A program made the position numbers and the translations under genes. From assembly GCA_964016885.1 (NCBI GenBank), contig OZ024750.1, positions 44,020,001 through 44,084,000 on the forward strand: a DNA stretch of 64,000 nt, read 5' to 3'. Origin of the DNA: Eledone cirrhosa (lineage: Eukaryota). Below are positions 42,915-55,789 of this stretch, piece by piece (within the stretch, counting starts at the first letter, position 1; every line of letters begins with the position of its first letter). A model generated the notes under the pieces. It made no database searches. It saw nothing but the letters and a program-made list of their open reading frames with translations, and was not told the origin of the DNA.

Positions 42915-43520
42915 GTCAGGTCACCAGTTGGTGCTACTGGTAACATGTATCCCAGTACAACCTGTCTCATGGTCGGGTCGTTGGCGACTAAACTGGCAAC
43001 CCCACCAAGGTTTCTTGGTGAGGAGGGTGACTTTGGACATCCTGCAGGACTAAAAACAAAACCTGTCAAAGGGCATGGGAGCTCTTAAGACTCAATAGCC
43101 ATCCAAAATCACCGGGAGAGATGACCCCTTAGCCTTTGTCAAGGCAGAATTCTAGGAGAAGGAAAACTCTGATATAACACCTGCAACCCTGATGGTATCC
43201 AATGATGTTGACTTGTTCTTCTTTTTGGTAAATATCATCTTGGTTAAGAGAGTGGGACTGGCTTTGTGCAGTGCCTTTGCTCACTATAAAAGCTTCACAG
43301 CACAGGCATTGCTTTATATCTGGAGATCTCTCTGCACTTGTCATCACATGGTCAATATGATGCACTATGTGTCAATAATGGTCACAAGTGTAGTCTTTGT
43401 ACCAGAGTTTTCAAGTCGCTGGCTGGACTAAAAAGTCACATTCGTTCAGCGCATCGGTAGGGGTTCTCCTACATGGATATAAAGCAGTGGCCGTACTCGA
43501 AAACGAGTTGGCAGCCACCA
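42915..43520 (+). mobile_element. Internally deleted RTE-type element, copy 2, (TGTA)n-flanked
   Basis: 5'-UTR-like tctaggagaaggaaaactctga; C2H2 finger [25 protein letters not shown] at 43383-43460; (TGTA)n tail. Confidence 0.75.
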
Positions 43521-43582
43521 TGTATGTATGTATGTATGTATGTATGTATGTATGTATGTATGTATGTATGTGTGTGTGTGTA

Positions 43583-43620
<38 letters not shown>

Positions 43621-43664
43621 CATATATATGTATAAGTATGTATTTGTATGTATATGTACATATA

Positions 43665-43715
<51 letters not shown>

Positions 43716-43833
43716 GTGTATATATATATTATATATATGTATATATACATATACAATGTGTATATATATATATATATATAATATGTGTATATATATATAT
43801 GTATATATGTATATATATATATATATATGTGTA

Positions 43834-43865
<32 letters not shown>

Positions 43866-43910
43866 ATATGTGTGGATATATATATATATATATATATAAT
43901 GTATATATAC

Positions 43911-43954
<44 letters not shown>

Positions 43955-44091
43955 ATATAATATATATGGGTATATATACTTATATATTTATATATGCATG
44001 TATATTTATCTATCTATCTATATATATATATATATGTATATATTTATATATATATATATATTTATATATATAATATGTGCGTATATATATC

Positions 44092-44122
<31 letters not shown>

Positions 44123-44298
44123 TTATATATATATTATATATATATAATATATATGTGTATATATACTTATATATTTATATATGCATGTATATTTATCTAT
44201 CTCTCTCTATATATATATGTATATATTTATATATATATATATATATTTATATATATAATATGTGCGTATATATATCTATATACATATATATATGTATA

Positions 44299-44351
<53 letters not shown>

Positions 44352-44392
44352 TTATATATATAATATGTGCGTATATATATATATATATAATG

Positions 44393-44474
<82 letters not shown>

Positions 44475-44604
44475 TGTGTATATATACTTATATATTTATA
44501 TATGCATGGATATATATAAGTGTGTGTGCATATGTTGTGTATATACATGTGACCATGTCTTTGTGTGTTCGTTGGTATATTACACAGAGTTTTGTATATG
44601 CAAC

Positions 44605-44669
<65 letters not shown>

Positions 44670-44775
44670 GTGTGTGTACCTGATTTCACAGAGAATGTTA
44701 ATTATCATGTTTTAATTTTTTTCCTTTCTTCTCTCGCTTGCTCTCAAATAAACACACACACACGCACACACGCAC

Positions 44776-44819
<44 letters not shown>

Positions 44820-45186
44820 CCCACACACACACACACACGCACACACACACACACACACACGCACACACACACATACACGCTCTCACATACACACACACAT
44901 ACACACACACACTCACTCTCTCTCTCACTCTTACTCTCGCTTTTTTACAAACATCTTTTCCTTCTCTTACTCTCACTCTAGTAATGGCTGCTATATTCGC
45001 CAAGAGTGCGCATGTCCGAATCTATCAGCCGACACTGTGATATTTGTTACCGTATTGTGTGCACTCGCCTACATACAAGTCGAACAAGATTACATTTCCT
45101 GACTTCCAAATAAAATAATACACAACAAACCAGCAGAAAAGTAAAAATAGACGTATATGTACCTATAGATATATATATATATATGC

Positions 45187-45241
<55 letters not shown>

Positions 45242-45510
45242 TATATATATATATATATATATATGTTTATATATATATATATATATAAATATGTTTATAT
45301 GTATATATATATATATGTTTATATATATATATATAAATATGTTTATATATATATATGTTTATATGTTTATATATATATATATGTTTATATGTTTATATGT
45401 TTATATATATATATGTTTATATATATATATATATATATATATATGTTATATATACCTATGTGCATATATAATATATATATATATATATATGTATATGGCA
45501 TATATATACA

Positions 45511-45551
<41 letters not shown>

Positions 45552-45842
45552 TATGTGTGTGTGTGTGTGAATGTATTTACAAAGACAATAACATTAGGAT
45601 TAATAACACCTATACCAACAACAACAACAACATGAGATTAAAAGGATTTAAAAAAATAAACAGGAGGAAACAATACCAAAATTTTGAAACCGAGAGAGGA
45701 GGGGGGTGGGGGTAGAGGAAAGGAGGAAGAGAGAGAGCGTGAGAGAGAAAGAGAGAGACAGAGAGATCTGCAAAATTAAAGAAAAATAAAATACGTCTGT
45801 ACATACGCAGACACAAATATATGCATATTCATATATATATAT

Positions 45843-45883
<41 letters not shown>

Positions 45884-45978
45884 TTTATATGAATTTTTAA
45901 ATATATATATATATGCATGTACATAAATATATATATATGTATATATATATATACTCAAATATATATGCATTTATATGA

Positions 45979-46021
<43 letters not shown>

Positions 46022-46573
46022 TGTACATAAATATATATATATATACTCAAATATATATGCATTTATATGAATTTATTTTTATATATATATATATATATGC
46101 ATGTACATAATATATATATAAATGCATGTACATAAATATATATATATATATGTATATACAGAGAGAGAGAGAGAGAGAGAGAGATGAGACCTACAAGAAA
46201 CAAACAAACAAACAGTCATAGATACAGAGAAACGGAGAAGTAAATACATAAAAATTCCTAAACATATATTAATAAATAAACAAATGTATGAATTCTTCTC
46301 ACGAGGCGAGAAAGATTGCTGGTTGGAAAAACAGAGACGAACTGTTTCTGTTGAAAAATGAAGAAAAATCCTCTTTGAGATATCGTCAAAAAATTTAGTG
46401 AATGCAATGCGATAAGTATTCCTTAGAAACACGACTAGGAAATTTAAGTTTTTCACACAAAACCGTTGATATAAAACAAAAGTTTTCAATATAGAGCTCA
46501 TCACATCTCATTTCTGATTTAATGAAAACTGAGATGAACGCGCCAACATAGAGGAAGGAGAATAAAAAATATT

Positions 46574-46789
<216 letters not shown>

Positions 46790-46928
46790 AGTGTGTGTGT
46801 ATGTATATATATTATATATATATATATATATAATATATATATATATATACGTATATATATATATATATATACATACACACACATATACATATATGTATAT
46901 ATATATATATTCATACACACACACATAT

Positions 46929-46962
<34 letters not shown>

Positions 46963-47142
46963 ATTCATACACACACACACATATATATATATGTATATAT
47001 ATATACATACACACATATATATATATATATATATATACATACACACACACACATATATATATATACATACACACACATATATATGTATGTATATATATAT
47101 ATACATACACACAGACATATATATATATATATATGTGTATAT

Positions 47143-47181
<39 letters not shown>

Positions 47182-47259
47182 AATTATAATAGCTAAGTAA
47201 AAGACAGAAAAATGGAAAAAAATAAATGGTAAATGAGTAAATAAAGAAAATAATATATG

Positions 47260-47908
47260 AAATAGTAATAAAAATAATAATAACAATAATAATAATGATA
47301 ATAATGAGGATGATGATAATAGTGGTGGTGGTCGTGATGGTGGTGGTGGTGGTGGTGGTGAAGATGATGATGGCGGTGGTGGTGGTGGTAGAGGTGGTGG
47401 TCGTGATGGTGGTGGTGATGGTGATGAAGATGATGGTGATGATGGTGGTGGTGGTGGTGGTGGTAAGGATCAGGATTATACGTTGATGATGATGCTGATG
47501 ATAACGATGGTGGTGAGGGTGATTACGTTGATGATGATGATGATGATGATGAAGACGATGATGATGTTGACGATGATTTATGGTTAAAGCGATGATAATA
47601 ATGATGATGATGATGATGATGATTAGGGTTATAATGATGATGGTGGTGGTGATGATGATGACGAAGAAGTTGATGGGGACGATTGTTGGTGATGATAATG
47701 ATGATGATGATGATGTTGATGATAATGATGGTGATGATGATGATGATGATGATGAATATGGTAATAACGACGATGATGATGATGTTGGTGATGATGATGA
47801 TGATGTTGGTGATGATGATGATGATGATGATGATGTTGATGATAATGATGGTGATGATGATGATGATGATGATGAATATGGTAATAACGACGATGATGAT
47901 GATGTTGG

Positions 47909-47939
<31 letters not shown>

Positions 47940-47973
47940 AATGATGATGAATATGGTAATAACGACGATGGTA

Positions 47974-48009
<36 letters not shown>

Positions 48010-48178
48010 AATATTATGGTAATAACTATGATGGTGATGATGATACTTATTATTATGGTTATAACGATGATGATGATGATGGTGGTGATGATGGTGATGA
48101 TGATGATGATAATGGTGATGGTAATGATGATGATGATGGTAATGATGGTGATGGTGATGGTGATGATGATGATGTTGA
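47260..48178. repeat. (GAT/GGT)n triplet tract with a 120-bp internal duplication
   Basis: 47701-47760 is identical to 47821-47880. Confidence 0.9.
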
Positions 48179-48301
48179 CAAAAGACAAGCAAAGTGGGGA
48201 AAACAATGGAAGAAAAGAGAAAAGAATCGAGTGTGTATTTTTCGTTGGAATTGATGAAGTAATTTAGCGATCGTGATGTTTTTTAGTAGGGTCTTGTAAT
48301 A

Positions 48302-49338
48302 GGGTCTTTTAGTAGGTTGTGTGTGATGTCTTTTAGTTGGGTCTTTTAGTAGGTTGTGTGTGATGTCTTTTAGTAGGGTCTTTTAGTAGGTTGTGTGTGA
48401 TGTCTTTTAGTTGGGTCTTTTAGTAGGTTGTGTGTGATGTCTTTTAGTTGGGTCTTTTAGTAGGTTGTGTGTGATGTCTTTTAGTAGGGTCATTTAGTAG
48501 GTTGTGTGTGATGTATTTTAGTTGGGTCTTTTAGTAGGTTGTGTGTGATGTCTTTTAGTTGGGTCTTTTAGTAGGTTGTGTGTGATGTCTTTTAGTTGGG
48601 TCTTTTAGTAGGTTGTGTGTGATGTCTTTTAGTAGGGTCATTTAGTAGGTTGTGTGTGATGTATTTTAGTTGGGTGTTTTAGTAGGTTGTGTGTGATGTC
48701 TTTTAATTGGGTCTTTTAGTAGGTTGTGTGTGATGTCTTTTAGTTGGGTCTTTTAGTAGGTTGTGTGTGATGTCTTTTAGTAGGGTCTTTTAGTAGGTTG
48801 TGTGTGATGTCTTTTAGTTGGGTCTTTTAGTAGGTTGTGTGTGATGTCTTTTAGTTGGGTCTTTTAGTAGGTTGTGTGTGATGTCTTTTAGTAGGGTCAT
48901 TTAGTAGGTTGTGTGTGATGTATTTTAGTTGGGTCTTTTAGTAGGTTGTGTGTGATGTCTTTTAGTTGGGTCTTTTAGTAGGTTGTGTGTGATGTCTTTT
49001 AGTTGGGTCTTTTAGTAGGTTGTGTGTGATGTCTTTTAGTAGGGTCATTTAGTAGGTTGTGTGTGATGTATTTTAGTTGGGTGTTTTAGTAGGTTGTGTG
49101 TGATGTCTTTTAATTGGGTCTTTTAGTAGGTTGTGTGTGATGTCTTTTAGTTGGGTCTTTTAGTAGGTTGTGTGTGATGTCTTTTAGTAGGGTCTTTTAG
49201 TAGGTTGTGTGTGATGTCTTTTAGTTGGGTCTTTTAGTAGGTTGTGTGTGATGTCTTTTAGTTGGGTCTTTTAGTAGGTTGTGTGTGATGTCTTTTAGTA
49301 GGGTCATTTAGTAGGTTGTGTGTGATGTATTTTAGTAG
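48302..49338. repeat. 37-bp minisatellite, 28 units, with an 11-unit higher-order period
   Basis: Unit gggtcttttagtaggttgtgtgtgatgtcttttagt(t/a); variants recur every 407 bp. Confidence 0.95.
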
Positions 49339-49537
49339 GGAAAAAGTCCACAGATGAAGGTTAAAATAATGAAGAATTCTAGAGACGAGATAATGTTACA
49401 CGCAACAGTAGCATTTTCTCTCCAAATTGCTAAACCAAAACTAAGGTATTTGTGATGTTGGACATGATGATGATGATGATGTTGTATGGCTGTCTTAATT
49501 TACTAACACTAAAACACACACATGTATATATATATAT

Positions 49538-49761
49538 ATAGGAACGAGTAGGACCCCGACGGCTCAGCTCAAGCCGTTTCGACGGCTAATTCTGGACTAA
49601 AATCTTTTAGTCCAGAATGATTTTAGTCCAGCATTATCCGCCGAAACGGCTTGAGCTCAGCCGTCGGGGTCCTACTCGTTCCTATTACCCACTCTACTAC
49701 CCTAAGTATTGAGTACTTTGGTGCGTTATGGTCCATCTGGTTCCTTACCACATTTCCTTCG

Positions 49762-49765
<4 letters not shown>
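49538..49765 (+). mobile_element. Family I foldback mini-element
   Basis: Palindrome with a duplicated centre (ttttagtccag twice) plus tail. Confidence 0.8.
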
Positions 49766-49808
<43 letters not shown>

Positions 49809-49952
49809 AGTATATGTTGGTTGTTTACCGACACCTCAGTATGCAGATTGGAGCACTCGACGAAGTACGCAGGTTGGTTTGGTTACTCCGGAGTAATGTA
49901 AAAGAAAGTAAATAAGTCAAATATTTAAGATTTGGCTTCGTTTATTAAAGAT

Positions 49953-50011
49953 GTACTGCTATATGTATTTCGGTTATAGCCATCATTGGCTGTGACTTCT
50001 TCAGGCAGTTC
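49953..50011 (-). ncRNA. Minimal type-I hammerhead motif within TA-flanked segment 49805-50098
   Basis: Minus strand: actgc-ctgaaga-agtcacagcca-atga-tggctataacc-gaaa-tacata-ta-gcagt. Confidence 0.7.
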
Positions 50012-50095
50012 GAATTGGTGTGGAAGAGACAGGTACACATGTTGAAGTGTTTTACTCCGTCAATACTCCGATATGTCCAGCTCCTGGTTGGGTTG

Positions 50096-50149
<54 letters not shown>

Positions 50150-50153
<4 letters not shown>

Positions 50154-50760
50154 CTCTGGTTCATCTGAATCATTGAGCACTTGCCGCACCTCTCGGAGGT
50201 TGCTTTTCGTTATTTCGTGGGCCGAAATGCGAATCTCGATAATTTATATTTGTATTTAGCTCCAGAGTCTAGCTATTGACCAGTTACTTTTCTTGATTTT
50301 TTAGTTGATCCTATTGACTGATGAATAGCTTATGTTAATTTTAACCCTTCTGCTGAGAACTCTATTCGATTTGTGATGTTTTTGCATTCTTGCAAAAATA
50401 TACATGACTGAATTTATTCGCCTGATATAGGGGCTGCCTCCCTTGACGATCCCCACGTGGAGTCAGCAATAGTCAGTCCTTGTATTAACATTGAACTAAA
50501 ACCTGTTGAGAAAGTGGCTTCCTTGTTCAATAATCTTACCAAAAGCCTGACATTATTTATGTAAGCGGACGGTACTTTATTTAGGAGCCGCAGAAACCCA
50601 AATACTGGATTTTACCAACCTTCCAGGGGTCCGGGTAAATTTTCAATACCCGAATTACTTGATCGTTTTTTTTGGCTATGCGAATGATTGTTTAACCATC
50701 GTCTCAGTGTGTCTCAGGGGCGAGTCTTGTACTCGTCGGTCAAGGTGATCAAGGTGATAT
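50150..50760 (-). mobile_element. Family J rearranged copy
   Basis: Two minus-strand blocks similar to 7190-7700 plus a plus-strand gtcggtcaaggtgatcaaggt end matching ~7162-7182. Confidence 0.6.
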
Positions 50761-50785
50761 ACATATATATATACATATATATACA

Positions 50786-50818
<33 letters not shown>

Positions 50819-50819
50819 C

Positions 50820-50877
<58 letters not shown>

Positions 50878-50881
<4 letters not shown>

Positions 50882-51155
50882 AAGAGTCAGCTCAAAAGTG
50901 ACACAGCGGAGACTGAGGTTAGCTGGATATGCTCACCCACATCCAGGGTTGACATTGCACTCAGTGCTCCTGTGGGAGCCCCTACATGGACACACTGGAA
51001 GAGGAAGACGAAGGTTAACGTATATTGATGCCCTAAGGACAGACATTGGTCTGTTGGAGACGCAGGACATGGCAGCGATAATGAGGGACAGAGACCGCTG
51101 GAGAGAACTCGTCCATGGATCTCGGGAATTTTACCCGCCCTAGATAGATAGATAT
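50878..51155 (+). pseudogene. 5'-truncated RTE/RTE-X LINE 3' end
   Basis: RRLRLAGY...VLLWEP.HG...[10 protein letters not shown]...MRDRDRWRELV is a typical RTE C-terminus; (TAGA)n tail. Confidence 0.75.
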
Positions 51156-51569
51156 ATATATATATAGTTATATATATATATATAATAATCTTAAAAAGAC
51201 TCCAGTTGCATTTATCGATTTCTATTCCTTATATATATAAGGAATATATGTGTTTCTGTCTCGCATCTGCTTCGTGTTCGAAAGTCCTTTTTGTTTTATG
51301 TGGAAAGAGTGGCTCGCACTTGTGTTTTTTTTTAAAGTCATTTGATTGGTTGATGACTGTCACGCGAATAATTGCAATAGATTTTGCGCTAGTTCGCGTT
51401 CCAAAGTTCTTATTGTATTCGCCTTAAAATATGTGGCTCAAATTGTTGTTTTTTTATAAGTGTAATTTGGTTGGTTGATAAGTCTGAAGTGAATAAATAC
51501 ATCAAATGTTACGCCAGTTCGTGTTTGAGGGTTCTTTATTGTCATTTTCATAGTCACATGATTGGCCTT

Positions 51570-51885
51570 ATAATATAGGTGTCAGAAAAGGATAGTTTGT
51601 AAATAGAAAGTTTTGTGCCAAACAAGAGATAATGGTCAATAAATGGGAGGGGGAGAAATAGTTCTGGTTCAGTGAGTATGGCTGATGTCGTTCTGAGGTG
51701 TCAAACTTCAGATTTTCTATTGACCATTATCTTTTGTTTCTTTCATCCTTACGGGGTCGATAAAATAAAGTACTAGTAATGCACTGGATTATTGTGGCCT
51801 TGTGCCAAAAGTAGAAACAATTATCTTTTGTTTGGCACAACATTTTCTATGACAAACCATCCTTTTTTGGCACCTTTATTATATA
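51570..51885. mobile_element. Old foldback with a truncated SINE S1 (~51737-51822) in its right arm
   Basis: Arms ~51570-51642 and ~51717-51885; TSD attatcttttgttt. Confidence 0.55.
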
Positions 51886-52017
51886 ACTAGGCCTGACAAT
51901 GACGGGTGTTCTCTCTATTTTCTTTATGCTTTTTTCTTCCGTCTGAAAAATAGTTTAACCAATATCTAAACAAATTACAGAAACAGATATAATATCTCGG
52001 TTATTAAACTCCAACCA

Positions 52018-52985
52018 TGGTGAATTGGCAGTATCGGTAGAAGGTCGGACGCCATGCTTTGATAGGCCCTATCCATTCTGAGTTTAATCCCGCCGAGGTT
52101 AACTTTGCCTTTCATCCTTACGGGGTAGATAAAATAAAGTACCAGTAATGCACTGGTTAATTGCTGGCCTTGTGCCAAAAGTAGAAACAATTATTATCAT
52201 TCCTCTGTAAACTGATAACATAAGAGATAAAAAATGTTCCAAACGGTAATCGAAACTGCATCTTCCACTCACTTCTAAAACTTCGTACTGATGTATCATA
52301 ACTGATTCTACATATGGCTGAAGCCCACCAGTTTAAAAGGAAGGAGAAAGTTGATTAAATCGATCTCCATTGCATTACTGATACATTATTTTATCGATCA
52401 CATAAGGGTGAAAGACAAAACAAACCTCGGTGGGATTTGAACTCATACCGTAGTATCTTGATAGAGACTATTTAACTCTTCTGATACCAAACCACCTAAA
52501 ACCGCTCCTGGTTCTATGATGCTAAGCCGTTTATTTTAAAGAGTTTATATTTATTTAAAAACCGTCCACCATACTTTTATTTAGGAATTTTAGTTATGTT
52601 CCAAATACCAGGTTAATAGTGAGAAAGTTAGAAGCATTATTAATGTTTCCAAGCGCGGTGGATTGGCAGTATCGGTAGAGCATCGGACGCCATGCTTTTC
52701 AGCATAGAGTTACGGCCCCTGTCGGTCTGAGTTCAAATATATTTATATATTTATTTTTATATATACATGCAGTTTCTTTTTGTTGCTACAGCGCACAACA
52801 TGCTTTACGGCGTATAGTTATAGCCCTTTTGCGTTCCGAGTTTAAAATCCCGTCGAGATTGGCTTTGCTTTTCATGCTTACGGGATCGATAAAATAAAGT
52901 AACAGTAACACATTGGCTTTTGATTTGATCGATTTCCCCTCCCCCAAAACGGTTGTTCTTGTGCCTACATCAGAAACTATTAATA
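52018..52985. mobile_element. Cluster of SINE S1 copies (52018-52196 +, ~52305-52450 -, 52655-52737 +, ~52786-52985 +)
   Basis: Matches to consensus, variable divergence. Confidence 0.8.
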
Positions 52986-53959
52986 ATACTTCCAAATTCT
53001 TGATAATTTTCAAAATTACTTGGAAATTACAGGCAGTGTCTTTCACCACAAATATTATATCGAAAGTGTTAAATATACTGCAATTTTGATAAATTACCCT
53101 TTCCTACAGTTTGGACTAAAAATTGAACTTGGTATATTCAGAAAATTAAGTGAAATTAAATGAAATTGTTTCGAGTGTGTATTGAAACTGTATCTTCCGC
53201 TGTCTGTCCAACCACGGTACTGTTATATCATATATGAAAATGTTTAATCATTCAATCAACATAATTGATTCCCCTGGCATACCTTTTAGACTAAAAGGTG
53301 ATCATGCCATGTTCAGAAAATTGCAGAGAAGATAAGAAAGTTTACAACAAGGCAATGGTGATTGTTGGACTAACAAACAGAATTAAAGATCTGAAATATA
53401 CTCAATTGTATTTCCTCCAGAATAATTTTAAATTTTCTTTGATCGATCTTTTCTCAGTTTGAAAGACATATGTTGTAAGTTGTGTTATCTAAACCACTTC
53501 TGAATTATTTATATTTGGACAGAAACTTATCTTCGTTTCCGACTCAGTTGGGGCTTACAACGATTGCCAAACGATTGCCAAATTTTCTTTAATGTTTATG
53601 CGGTGAGATAAGAACAATTTCCAATCGAAATGATGTAGAATTGTGTTGTTCGATTTTTTTTTGTTTCTTGTTACATAGCGAAGATGAATACAATACATTG
53701 ACTGTTTTGAAAAAATAAATAAATATATAAATAAATAAATAGGTAAAACTAAAGTGCCTTTTCTCCAATATCTATTGATCTGTGATGGAGTTATCAGTAA
53801 AAGCCAGGGATAGATATATATTATCAAGGGGCTTTAATAATCAAAACTTCATATTTTATAAATAGCCGACATGTTGTACATCAGAACTGGTAACTAACAG
53901 AACTGATAATCTATCACAGTGGTATTTATTTAGTGGATATAATTAGAGGCTGAGGTATT

Positions 53960-54392
53960 CCTTGTTGTTGTTGTTGTGGTGGTGGTGGTGGTGGTTGTTA
54001 TTGTTGTGGTGGCGGTGATGTATTTTTTGTTGTTGTTATGGTGGTAAGGTATTCCTTGTTGTTGTGGTAGTGGTGATGGTGGTGGTGATGGCGGTGGTGG
54101 TGATGGTGGTGGTGGTGGTGGAGATGGTTGTTGTTGTTGCTGTTGTGGTGGTGATGGTGATGATGGTGGTGATGCTTGTTGTTGTGGTAGTGATGTAATC
54201 TTTGTTGGTGTTTTTGTGGTTGTTGTGGTCGTTGTTGTTGTGGTGGTGATGGTGGTGATGGTCGTCGTTGTTGTTATGGTGGTGATGGTGGTGATGGTCG
54301 TCGTTGTCGTTATGGTGGTCATGGTGGTGATGGTCGTCGTTGTTGTTATTGTTGTTATTGTTGGTGTTTTTTGTTGTTGTTGTTGTTGTCAT
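53960..54392. repeat. (GTT/GGT)n triplet tract
   Basis: Directly visible. Confidence 0.9.
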
Positions 54393-54557
54393 TGTTGCTA
54401 TTGTTTATCTTATCCATCAGTAGTTAGGTCTCAGTGTCACTGCTGCTGATGTATTTAATAAATATGGTGGTCGGGTTTATCTCAATTTATTGATTAACAG
54501 TTTCTTTCATATTTATTTCTTACCAGCCTCTAGATAATTCTCTTAATTCCTTATTAT

Positions 54558-54744
54558 TAGATTGGCAGTATCGGTAGAGCGTCGGACAAGATGCTTTGCA
54601 GTATAGAGTTACGGCTGTTTATGATCTCAGTTCAAATCCCGCTGAGGTTAAGTTGCCTTTCATCATTTACTGGGTGGATAGAATAAAGTACCAGTAATGA
54701 ACTGGGTATTTGCTGGCCTTGTGCCAAAAGCAGAAACAAATATT
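54558..54744 (+). mobile_element. SINE S1
   Basis: Match to consensus. Confidence 0.85.
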
Positions 54745-55069
54745 ACAGACTCTTTCATAGACGCAGCACGACCGATTGGTTAAGAAGTTCGCTTTACAAA
54801 GAGGGTGTTACTGGTTCGATAGTGGTTGTTTGACATGCAAGAAATAGCACCCAATTTCTTTTCAAATTACAATCTATTGTCTTAAACAATAGGAGGATCT
54901 TTACTGGGTAATATATTGCTAGAACGCCATATCCGAGAAGGGGCGTTATTTCCACGAGTGGCGGGTGTTTTTTCTCATAGTTTGTCTTAATCAACGTCGA
55001 CTTCGGTTTAAGTTGGAAACACCGGAACTAATGGGAATACACAAACATAGATAAATACAACTAGAAATA

Positions 55070-55435
55070 ATTGACTCTACTTTAGGCACAAGGCCAGCAA
55101 ATACCCAGTGCATTACTGGTACTTTATTTTATCAACCCCCGTAAGGATGAAAGGCAAAGTCAACCTCGGCGGGATTTGAACTCAGATCGTAAAGGGACGT
55201 AACTATGCTAGAAAGCATGGCATCCGACCCTCTACTGATACCGCCAATCCACCTCCCTACAACTAGAAATAATAGTTTCACATTTGGATACAATGCCAAT
55301 AATTTGGAGGGGACGGGAAAGTCCACAAAATCGACCCAAGTGTGTTACTGGTACTTTGTTTTATGAATGCTGCAGGGATCAAGTTCAAAGCAAACCTCAG
55401 TGGGATTTGAACTCAAAAGGTGAAGGGATGTAACT
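55070..55435 (-). mobile_element. Two tandem SINE S1 copies
   Basis: 16-bp TSD tacaactagaaataat at 55056-55071 and 55258-55273. Confidence 0.9.
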
Positions 55436-55789
55436 TTAGCAACACAGATTATTTCACGTTGATCCTGTCCATTACAGGTACAGGAGTTGTACCTGCAATT
55501 CGAAGGGCCTGCCCTGTCACATGTTGTGTCAATCAGAATTTACCCGAGAAGTTCGTTAAAGGTACGCGGGTCTCTGGAATGCTCAGTCACTTGCACGTTA
55601 ATTTTTACTAGCAATCTGTTCTGTTGATCGAATCAAATAGGACACTCTTCGTCGTAACCTTACGATCGTGAGCCGAATGCCCTAACCACTAAGCTACCCG
55701 CCCTCACGATGAAATACACAGACATACGTAATATGTAGATATACACTGTATTGTACAAGCACAGAACATACAGACACATGGACATGTGG

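Noticed and set aside
48302-49338. CRISPR-like or telomeric array
   Set aside because: Units are contiguous with no unique spacers, there are no cas genes, the context is eukaryotic, and there are no true (TTAGGG)n runs.
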